Below are positions 39,486 to 46,413 of a stretch of 64,000 nt of DNA, in pieces. Both the position numbers and the translations under genes were made by a program. This DNA comes from Niabella sp. (lineage in GTDB: Bacteria > Bacteroidota > Bacteroidia > Chitinophagales > Chitinophagaceae). The notes beneath the pieces are model-generated. The model was not told the DNA's origin, ran no database searches, and saw only the letters and a list, made by a program, of their open reading frames with translations. How positions within the stretch are numbered: the first letter of the stretch is position 1; the number at the start of each line of letters is the position of its first letter. The stretch is taken from assembly GCA_017744715.1 (NCBI GenBank), contig JAGIAT010000011.1:57617-121616 (forward strand), read 5' to 3'.

Positions 39486-40478
39486 CTACTGCAAGGCGAT
39501 CAACCGCTGCAAACACTGGTAAGCCCGGCCCGACCGCAGGCTTTCTTTTGCAGCTTCAAATGCATCGGTGTAATTGGGATAAACACCCGTTACCTGCAGA
39601 GCCACGGCCGAATTAGCCAGTACCACCGCTTCCTGTTCCGCTGTTCCCCTGCCCTGTATGATATCCGAAAAAATAGCAGCCGCAGCTTCAATGGTATCCC
39701 CGCCTTTAATAGACGCCGGTTTTACCTCCATACCACCCAATGCGGTTGCCGACAGGATCTGCTCGCCTTTTGCCGTAATGAGTTTGGTATCGCCTGTCAG
39801 GGAAATTTCGTCATACCCATCCAGGCCATGTACGATCGCAAAGTCTTTCGATTGCTGTTGCATCAGGTAATTGTACAGCCTTGCCATTTCCAGGTTGTAT
39901 ACACCAATAATACTGAAGGCCGGAAATGCCGGGTTTACCAGGGGGCCCAGCATATTAAAGAACGTACGCATTCCCAGGTTCTTCCGGATGGGGCCTACAT
40001 TCTTTAATGCCGGGTGAAACTGTGGTGCATGTAAAAAACAAATATGGGCTTCTTCCAGTTCCCGGCGAAGTGCCGCATTATCGTTCTTAAATTTATACCC
40101 CATAGATTCCACCACATTGGAGGAACCACTGATGGTAGATGCTCCGTAGTTGCCATGCTTGGTTACTTTTTGCCCCGTACCGGCTACAATAAAACAAGAC
40201 AGGGTAGAGATATTGAACGTGTTCTTTCCATCGCCCCCGGTACCCACAATATCAATCGTATCCATGCCGTCAAATTCCATGGGCAGGCAAAGTTCCAGCA
40301 AGGCATCCTGGAAGCCCTGCAATTCCTGCAGGGTAATGCTGCGCATAAGGTATACCGTCATAAAAGACGTTACCTCATGCTCATTATACAGCCCTTTGCC
40401 GATGTTTACCAGCACATCCTTTGCGGTGGCCCGGTCCAGAGTCTTATGTTCAAATAACAGGGATAATATTTTTTTCAT
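39486..40478 (-). CDS. trpD: anthranilate phosphoribosyltransferase
   Basis: TrpD-like (VGTGGDGKNTFNIST). I prefer the internal start MKKILSLL at 40478. Confidence 0.93.
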   Translation of the reverse strand: MKKILSLLFEHKTLDRATAKDVLVNIGKGLYNEHEVTSFMTVYLMRSITLQELQGFQDALLELCLPMEFDGMDTIDIVGTGGDGKNTFNISTLSCFIVAGTGQKVTKHGNYGASTISGSSNVVESMGYKFKNDNAALRRELEEAHICFLHAPQFHPALKNVGPIRKNLGMRTFFNMLGPLVNPAFPAFSIIGVYNLEMARLYNYLMQQQSKDFAIVHGLDGYDEISLTGDTKLITAKGEQILSATALGGMEVKPASIKGGDTIEAAAAIFSDIIQGRGTAEQEAVVLANSAVALQVTGVYPNYTDAFEAAKESLRSGRAYQCLQRLIALQ

Positions 40479-40531
40479 TTTTTTTGCTTTAACAATGCAT
40501 CCATTCATTCCCACATTTTCAAATTTTCAAA

Positions 40532-41101
40532 TTAATCCTCCAGCCAGTTCCGTATAATCGTTTCCCCCATCGGCGTCAGCACACTTTCCGGGTGAAACTG
40601 CACGCCCTGTACATCGTAGGTTTTATGCCGCAGGGCCATAATCATATCCTGGTCATCAACGGCGGTTATTTCCAGCTCCTCCGGAAAATGATCACGCGAT
40701 ACTACCCAGGAATGGTAGCGGCCGATCTCAAAGCGGTCCGGCATGTTGTTGAACAGGTTGCCGCTGCGTTTGATGATGGTGCAATCCGTAGCCACGCCGT
40801 GGTATACCTGGGGCAGGTTATACAGGCTTCCGCCAAATGTTTCGCCGATGGCCTGCTGGCCCAAACAAACGCCCAGTATCGATTTGGAGGGTGCATATTC
40901 CTTTATCAGCGGCAGCAGCAGACCGGATTCTACCGGTATACCCGGGCCGGGCGACAGGATAATTTTATCATATTGTTTTACCTCCTCCAGCGGGATCTGG
41001 TCGTTGCGGAACACATCCACTTTCTGATGCAGGATCTTTTCCACCATATGCACCAGGTTATACGTAAACGAATCGTAATTATCAAACACGAGTAATTTCA
41101 T
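40532..41101 (-). CDS. trpG: anthranilate synthase component II (glutamine amidotransferase)
   Basis: 189-aa class I GATase with GVCLGQQ and FHPES motifs. Confidence 0.93.
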   Translation of the reverse strand: MKLLVFDNYDSFTYNLVHMVEKILHQKVDVFRNDQIPLEEVKQYDKIILSPGPGIPVESGLLLPLIKEYAPSKSILGVCLGQQAIGETFGGSLYNLPQVYHGVATDCTIIKRSGNLFNNMPDRFEIGRYHSWVVSRDHFPEELEITAVDDQDMIMALRHKTYDVQGVQFHPESVLTPMGETIIRNWLED

Positions 41102-41156
41102 ATCGGAATTTCTAATTTCTTATTTTAGTCAGATTAAAACCTGCTTTTCCACAACA

Positions 41157-41220
41157 TCTCACTACATACTTCTCACTACATACTTCTCACTACATACTTC
41201 TCACTTTACACTTCTCACTA
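41157..41220. repeat. 4.5 copies of a 14-nt tandem repeat (TCTCACTACATACT) in the trpE-trpG spacer
   Basis: Three perfect copies at 41157-41198, one degenerate copy (tctcactttacact) and a partial copy. Confidence 0.85.
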
Positions 41221-41300
41221 TTAAGCTGCCCCATGCACTCCGGCACAAGTGTGCGACGCAAGGATGCTGCCATATGCACTGCAGCCCGGCTCCTAATCAT

Positions 41301-42719
41301 TTACAAAATTTTCTCCGCCTCCACGATGGCCTTTTTTAAGGCCCCCAGTTTATTATTCACTTCCTGCAGCTCTCCCTCCGGATTGCTGGCCGCCACGATG
41401 CCGCCCCCGGCCTGGCAGGTAAGGGTATTGTTGCGACTTAAAAACGTACGGATCATGATGGCCTGGTTACAGCTGCCGTCGAAGCCCATAAACCCGATGG
41501 CGCCACCGTAAAAACTACGTGCCGTAGGCTCCAGCAAACTGATCAGCTCCATGGCCTTTATTTTGGGGGCACCGCTGAGGGTACCTGCCGGAAAGGTTTT
41601 TCCAAAAAGATCGAAGGGCTGGGTTTGCGGATAAACCGTTCCGTTTACTTCGCTCACCAGGTGAATCACATGCGAATAATAATGCGGCTCCTTAAAATGG
41701 CTTACGTGTACATCGCCGCAGCCACGGCTCAGGTCATTCCGGGCCAGGTCTACCAGCATTACATGCTCTGCATTTTCCTTGGGATCAGCCTGCAGGGTCT
41801 TTGTCTGCTCGGCATCGGTCTTATCATCACCGGTACGCCGGATGGTGCCTGCAATGGGATGGATGGTGGCCTTTCCTTTATTAATGATCAGTTGCGACTC
41901 CGGTGAGGAACCCATTAATTTATAATCACCATAATCAAAAAAGAACAGGTAGGGCGAAGGGTTGATGTTGCGTAAACTGCGGTACACATTAAACTCATCA
42001 CCCGTAAATTTTTGTGTGAAGCGGCGGCTCAGCACGATCTGGAATACATCGCCCCGGTAGCAGTGGGCGATACCGGAACGTACCATCGCACGGTGCTCCT
42101 CATCCGACATATTCGATGCTTCCCCACCTTCTTTACGAAACGGGAACACCGGAACATCCCGGCCCATGATCAGCGACTGCAGGGCCGCCCTTTCGCTCTC
42201 CACGCCTTCTATTTTGTTTTCGAGGATCAGCATTTCATCCCTGAAATGGTTGATGGCGATTACGTATTGATACAGCCGGTACCGCATTAACGGGATATCG
42301 CTGCTATTGTTTTTGAACTGGCTGCCGGGTATGGTTTCAAAAAACTGGATGGCATCGTAGGTCGTATAGCCATAAAGTCCCTGTGCATAACGGGCTTCCC
42401 TGCGCTCGCCGGGCTCCGCCTCAAACCGGCCCATAAAGTCGGCCAGCACATCGGTGATCTTTTGGTTGCCGGAGAGCCGGATCTTTTCCGCTGTATGCCC
42501 CGGCAATTTCAGATCAATGGTATCACCCGAGATCATTTCAATACCGGCAATGGCGTTTACCCCGATAAACGACCAGCTGTTGTTGGTGGCATTATTATCG
42601 GCGCTTTCCAGGAGGATGGTATCCCGGAAGCGGTCGCGCAGGCGCAGATAGATACCCACCGGCGTAAAAATATCGGCAAGCAACGACTGTACTTCTGTTT
42701 GGATCCTTATTTTTTGCAT
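41301..42719 (-). CDS. trpE: anthranilate synthase component I
   Basis: 472-aa chorismate-binding enzyme (LLESAD..., GAIGFMGFDG). Confidence 0.95.
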   Translation of the reverse strand: MQKIRIQTEVQSLLADIFTPVGIYLRLRDRFRDTILLESADNNATNNSWSFIGVNAIAGIEMISGDTIDLKLPGHTAEKIRLSGNQKITDVLADFMGRFEAEPGERREARYAQGLYGYTTYDAIQFFETIPGSQFKNNSSDIPLMRYRLYQYVIAINHFRDEMLILENKIEGVESERAALQSLIMGRDVPVFPFRKEGGEASNMSDEEHRAMVRSGIAHCYRGDVFQIVLSRRFTQKFTGDEFNVYRSLRNINPSPYLFFFDYGDYKLMGSSPESQLIINKGKATIHPIAGTIRRTGDDKTDAEQTKTLQADPKENAEHVMLVDLARNDLSRGCGDVHVSHFKEPHYYSHVIHLVSEVNGTVYPQTQPFDLFGKTFPAGTLSGAPKIKAMELISLLEPTARSFYGGAIGFMGFDGSCNQAIMIRTFLSRNNTLTCQAGGGIVAASNPEGELQEVNNKLGALKKAIVEAEKIL

Positions 42720-42740
42720 AATTTATTTTCGTTCGATCAA

Positions 42741-42767
42741 AGAAAAACCCCGGTGAGTACCGGGGTT
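42741..42767 (-). terminator. trp attenuator: rho-independent terminator between the leader peptide and trpE
   Basis: On the minus strand: CCCCGGT actc ACCGGGG followed by TTTTTCTTTG. It lies ~25 nt after the leader stop and ~22 nt before the trpE ATG. Confidence 0.7.
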
Positions 42768-42798
42768 CAACTATATTGTTACAACATGGACAATAGCA

Positions 42799-42858
42799 TT
42801 AACGCCCCTTGAAAGAGTTATTATGCCACCACCAATTGTTATTTTTAAAATTATTCAT
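42799..42858 (-). CDS. trpL: trp operon leader peptide, 19 aa: MNNFKNNNWWWHNNSFKGR
   Basis: Hand translation, because the ORF is too short for the track. Three consecutive TGG codons sit at 42826-42834, directly upstream of a terminator and trpE. Confidence 0.75.
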   Translation of the reverse strand: MNNFKNNNWWWHNNSFKGR

Positions 42859-42864
42859 TTGAAG

Positions 42865-42872
42865 CAAATATA
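42865..42872 (-). promoter_or_regulatory. candidate -7 promoter box (TATATTTG on the minus strand) for the trp leader/trpEGDCF
   Basis: TAnnTTTG match ending 6 nt before the leader ATG. Confidence 0.35.
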
Positions 42873-42946
42873 AATTTGAAAAACAATACCAGCAAATTTT
42901 TTATGGATTTGCCCGCAATGTTTTTTAAAAACAGGTAAATTTAATC

Positions 42947-42954
42947 TATATTTG
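42947..42954 (+). promoter_or_regulatory. candidate -7 promoter box TATATTTG for tRNA-Arg
   Basis: TAnnTTTG match ~70 nt upstream of the tRNA, divergent from the trp promoter. Confidence 0.4.
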
Positions 42955-43024
42955 CGCCCATTCTTTGATTTTCTGACCGTCTACTGCCTTCCACGCAGCA
43001 GACCATTGAAAATAAACAAAGATT

Positions 43025-43098
43025 GGTCCGGTAGCTCAGCTGGATAGAGCAACTGCCTTCTAAGCAGTAGGTCATTGGTTCGAATCCAATCCGGATCA
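43025..43098 (+). tRNA. tRNA-Arg (anticodon TCT)
   Basis: Folded by hand into a 74-nt cloverleaf. Acceptor GGTCCGG/CCGGATC, D arm GCTC/GAGC, anticodon stem ACTGC/GCAGT with loop CTTCTAA, T arm ATTGG-TTCGAAT-CCAAT, discriminator A. Confidence 0.93.
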
Positions 43099-43102
43099 CC
43101 TG

Positions 43103-43129
43103 GGTGCATTACAGAATGCACCTTTTTTT
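43103..43129 (+). terminator. rho-independent terminator after tRNA-Arg
   Basis: GGTGCATT acag AATGCACC followed by TTTTTTT. Confidence 0.7.
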
Positions 43130-43314
43130 GTGCAAAATCCAGTCCCTACAAGCGTTTTAGCAAAAAATGCATTCCAAATTACATCCAAGCATTTCAAAGT
43201 AAAAAGGGAGCCTTCCGGGGGCCTAAAAGGAGACTATCTTCGTGGCCCCCCTCGATACAAATGCATACTGAGGGGGAATGTCAGGCGTAATTTTTTAACG
43301 CTAAATCTTTTTAT

Positions 43315-43608
43315 ATGATTTCGAAGAATCAAACATTGAGCATCTTATTTAACCTGAAAAGTAAAAAAGCCACTAAAGACGGCAAAATCCCTATTTATGT
43401 CCGCGTGACTATTGACGGATACCGGGACGAATTCTCCACGGGCTGTAAAGCATTCCGGGACTCCTGGGACAACGAAAGTAAACAGGTGTTAGCCGCTGCT
43501 CCCGATCACCGCCAGATAAATAAAAAACTTCTGAAAATTGAAGTCGATTTGCAGCGTCATTTTGACCTTATCCAGGCCAAGAAAGGTATAGCAACACCTG
43601 AACAGTAA
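43315..43608 (+). pseudogene. truncated tyrosine recombinase/integrase (N-terminal Arm-DNA-binding domain only, 97 aa)
   Basis: LSILFNLKSKKATKDGKIPIYVRVTIDGYRDEFSTG is the Bacteroidota integrase N-terminal domain. The catalytic domain is missing. Confidence 0.65.
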
Positions 43609-43896
43609 TAGATTTCCAATAAGCTAAAACGCAGCCAAAATTTCCCCTGTTCGCCAAAAACGAGAATAACCACGGTATTTTCTCCTTCTGAAGATCCTGC
43701 CTGTACACATAATCAAAATATGATGCTCCAAAACTTTTAGTCAAGCGATGGTATGTCTCTGAACGCACTCCCATTTTACAAAAAGACGCGACATGTAATA
43801 AATAAAAACGCTATAATCCAAAAAAGTAGCAGCATAGCACAGGCTGGCTATTACCGAAGGCCTGACTATAGACCTGCGCTAGCTAGGGGCTTTGCT

Positions 43897-44223
43897 TTAT
43901 GCGTCCTTTTGTCGGTATTCTAAAAGTAGTTGGGCTATCTCTAAATCAGAATATCCTTTGTCCTTTAGGTCTAAATCAGATTCTATTAACTCTACTGCAT
44001 AATCTACCGGAAACAGTTGAACGTATTGTATTCCTTCTTTTTCAAAAACAAGGTCATCCTCCGTTTCCTCTATCTCAAAAATGAAAATATCAGATTCCAA
44101 ATCCAAAATCCCTTGCAGATAGATTAGTAGTGCTTCGGATTCTGTATTTACTCCCTGCTCTTGGTACAGTTCGTCCAACTGCTCAGGATTGGTCAAGTAT
44201 TTTATCAATTCAACTAATTTCAT
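43897..44223 (-). CDS. putative immunity protein for the upstream WHH nuclease toxin (acidic, 108 aa)
   Basis: It starts 12 nt after the toxin stop, is strongly acidic and AT-rich. I recognised no family. Confidence 0.45.
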   Translation of the reverse strand: MKLVELIKYLTNPEQLDELYQEQGVNTESEALLIYLQGILDLESDIFIFEIEETEDDLVFEKEGIQYVQLFPVDYAVELIESDLDLKDKGYSDLEIAQLLLEYRQKDA

Positions 44224-44235
44224 ATCTTTTGTTTT

Positions 44236-44709
44236 TTATTTTCCCCAAATTGACATTCCACCAATACCGCCCGGGTGCATAGTATTCCAAAACGGACTTC
44301 CTAGAGAGTGTTGTGTTTTCGGAACTAACTGCATTACCCCCGCATTTATATCGTGATGCCATACCCAATTAGTCGGGGATTTTCCTAATATATTTCCCGT
44401 TGACGAACGTGGAATTGAAATTCCTAACTTAGACATTGAACTTGAAAAAGCTGCATCAGAAGCCATTGCATTACTTAAAGAGGTATTGGCTGCTTTAAAG
44501 TGACTATAATAACCCTTCCCCGGATATAGGTTGCTAGCTAACTTGGTTTCAAAAGCAACTGAATATTGAGCACCTGAACCTATCGTCTCAGCTGCAACTG
44601 CTTCCCTTGCACCAAAAAAAACACTGTTCGCAGCGTTTGTATTCGCCACAAAAAACAACAGCAACCCGATAAGATATAACCATCTTTTCACATCGGTAAA
44701 TTTAATCAT
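44236..44709 (-). CDS. small secreted toxin with C-terminal HNH/EndoVII-fold WHH nuclease domain
   Basis: N-terminal hydrophobic signal/anchor. The C-terminus SPTNWVWHHDINAGVMQLVPKTQHSL...HPGGIGGMSIWG fits the W-HH...M.LVP..H...H.GG pattern of the WHH toxin family, as I recall it. Confidence 0.6.
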   Translation of the reverse strand: MIKFTDVKRWLYLIGLLLFFVANTNAANSVFFGAREAVAAETIGSGAQYSVAFETKLASNLYPGKGYYSHFKAANTSLSNAMASDAAFSSSMSKLGISIPRSSTGNILGKSPTNWVWHHDINAGVMQLVPKTQHSLGSPFWNTMHPGGIGGMSIWGK

Positions 44710-44740
44710 TCTTTTTCTTCATTTGATTTTTTCATATGAA

Positions 44741-44770
44741 AGAAAAAAATCCGGGACTTGCTGCCCGGAT
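44741..44770 (-). terminator. rho-independent terminator after the 61-aa ORF
   Basis: On the minus strand: ATCCGGG cagcaagt CCCGGAT followed by TTTTTTTCT. Confidence 0.6.
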
Positions 44771-44778
44771 TTTATGAC

Positions 44779-44964
44779 TTACGCTTCATAAGCTTTTCGC
44801 TTCTCAAAGTTGAGCAAGGCTTCCATCAGACTGCTACCACTGGCGATAATCAGGTGACCGTAGTCCTGTAAAAAATTGGCTTCATCGGCTTCATTTACTT
44901 TGATGATTTTGTAGTCATTTGTTTCTGACTTTTCGTTGATGGGATAAGTGATGTAATACTTCAT
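44779..44964 (-). CDS. hypothetical 61-aa protein
   Basis: The ORF is followed by a clean terminator. I recognised no homology. Confidence 0.4.
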   Translation of the reverse strand: MKYYITYPINEKSETNDYKIIKVNEADEANFLQDYGHLIIASGSSLMEALLNFEKRKAYEA

Positions 44965-45522
44965 AAAAACATTTTTTTAAAAGAAAAAAGGAAAAAAAAG
45001 AAAGCTTCTTTATCAGTGCAGCGAAGGCAAAAGCCAAAAGGAAACGGAATAAATGATGGCTTTGTGTGGTGGCTTCTGTGTTTATGCCGTAGTCTTTTGG
45101 CTGGCTTTGTGCGTTGGCTCGCTGCACTACTTTTGCTGCCTTTTTATTTTCTTTCTTTTTAAAAATAAACCTCCGGCGTAACCGCCATGCTGCACGCAGT
45201 GCCTGCTGTAAAGCGACCGGAGTGGAGTGGACAGCATATAAAAATGTCGTGGTTTACCACACCGCTTTTTGAAGCGTGGCTTTGCACGGCTTCATCCCGC
45301 TAACAATCGTATGGGTTCCTGAGTGGTGGCTTGTTAGCGGGATGGCTGCATAGTTGGCTACTTAAACATAATGGCTTGTTATATGCCGCCCTTTTTTAGC
45401 ATGCTTGCATAAGCGTAGGCAAGGGCGGACGTAGTGAACATATAACTTGCATTATGTTTAAGTATGCTTCCGCCCGTGTGTGGGCTTTTTTGTGGCTTGT
45501 GAAGCGGTAGCTTGGACAAAAA

Positions 45523-45834
45523 ATGAGCCTCTGCCGGAAAGAAAAAAAGCTCTCGCAGGCTGACCTGGGAAAGCTTTCCGGTATCAATGGCGATATAATA
45601 GGTAAATATGAGCGTGATGAGATGAAGCCCAGCATTGACACCGCTAAAAAACTGGCGGATGCCCTTGCCGTGTCCCTCGATTACCTGGTGGGCGATGGAG
45701 ATTTAAAAATACTGGATAAAAAAACACTTCAGCGGCTGGAAGATATTGAAAAACTATCCGAAGCCGATAAACAAAATATTTTCTATACACTCGATAACCT
45801 TATCAAAGCTGCTAAGCTCAAAGCTATTCAATAA
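45523..45834 (+). CDS. XRE-family helix-turn-helix transcriptional regulator
   Basis: KKLSQADLGKLSGINGDIIGKYERDEMKPSIDTAKKLADALAVSLDYLVG is a Cro/C1-type HTH. A stop lies 15 nt upstream of the ATG, so the first helix looks shortened. Confidence 0.8.
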   Translation: MSLCRKEKKLSQADLGKLSGINGDIIGKYERDEMKPSIDTAKKLADALAVSLDYLVGDGDLKILDKKTLQRLEDIEKLSEADKQNIFYTLDNLIKAAKLKAIQ

Positions 45835-45836
45835 TA

Positions 45837-45858
45837 AAGCCCGGACGCTGCCGGGCTT
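45837..45858. terminator. bidirectional hairpin terminator between the convergent XRE and immunity genes
   Basis: AAGCCCGG acgctg CCGGGCTT, with A-run and T-run flanks. Confidence 0.6.
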
Positions 45859-45871
45859 CTGCTTTATTCTT

Positions 45872-46402
45872 TTAAATCTTTTGATTGGCGATTTTATATT
45901 TCAACTGATATGATGATGGCAGATTATCCTTATTAAGTTGGTCTATTATTTTGATAAACTCCTTATAGCTGCCATTTTCCCATGCCTTATTAGCAGCAGC
46001 CAAATTTTGTTCCTGTAATATTTGAGAAGTATATGCTTCGCTTTCTTTCTCACTAAAAATTTTAATTTCAAACAATTTACTTTCATCACCTCTTAAAAGA
46101 ACAGAACCGCTATTTTTCAAAAGCAAAGCAATATTATCTACAAATACCTCCTTCGTTACCTGATTAACTTTTACATCCAAACCAAAGACATGCTTAATTA
46201 AATTATCACTAATAGGATATAAAAACTCATTTATCTTTCCTACTTCAAAAAGGCAGGTTCTGTCTAATTCATTGTAACTTATTGTTGCTTCTACAATTTT
46301 AGATTTGAAATGAAAATAATTCTTATACTGCTCAACAACAAGGAAACCATGACCTTCAAATAAAGGCACTATATTTTTTATTACAAGTTGATTAAATTCC
46401 AT
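45872..46402 (-). CDS. putative cognate immunity protein of the RHS C-terminal toxin
   Basis: An ATG at 46402 (MEFNQLV...) lies 11 nt after the RHS stop. Alternative start 46435 overlaps the RHS gene. The gene is very AT-rich (~32% GC on a sampled line) and I recognised no family. Confidence 0.55.
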   Translation of the reverse strand: MEFNQLVIKNIVPLFEGHGFLVVEQYKNYFHFKSKIVEATISYNELDRTCLFEVGKINEFLYPISDNLIKHVFGLDVKVNQVTKEVFVDNIALLLKNSGSVLLRGDESKLFEIKIFSEKESEAYTSQILQEQNLAAANKAWENGSYKEFIKIIDQLNKDNLPSSYQLKYKIANQKI

Positions 46403-46413
46403 TGCTATTGCTT

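Noticed and set aside
43568-43774. 68-aa minus-strand ORF downstream of the WHH immunity gene
   Set aside because: It overlaps the end of the integrase fragment and has no recognisable domain or plausible start context. It may be a relic, but the evidence does not support a call.
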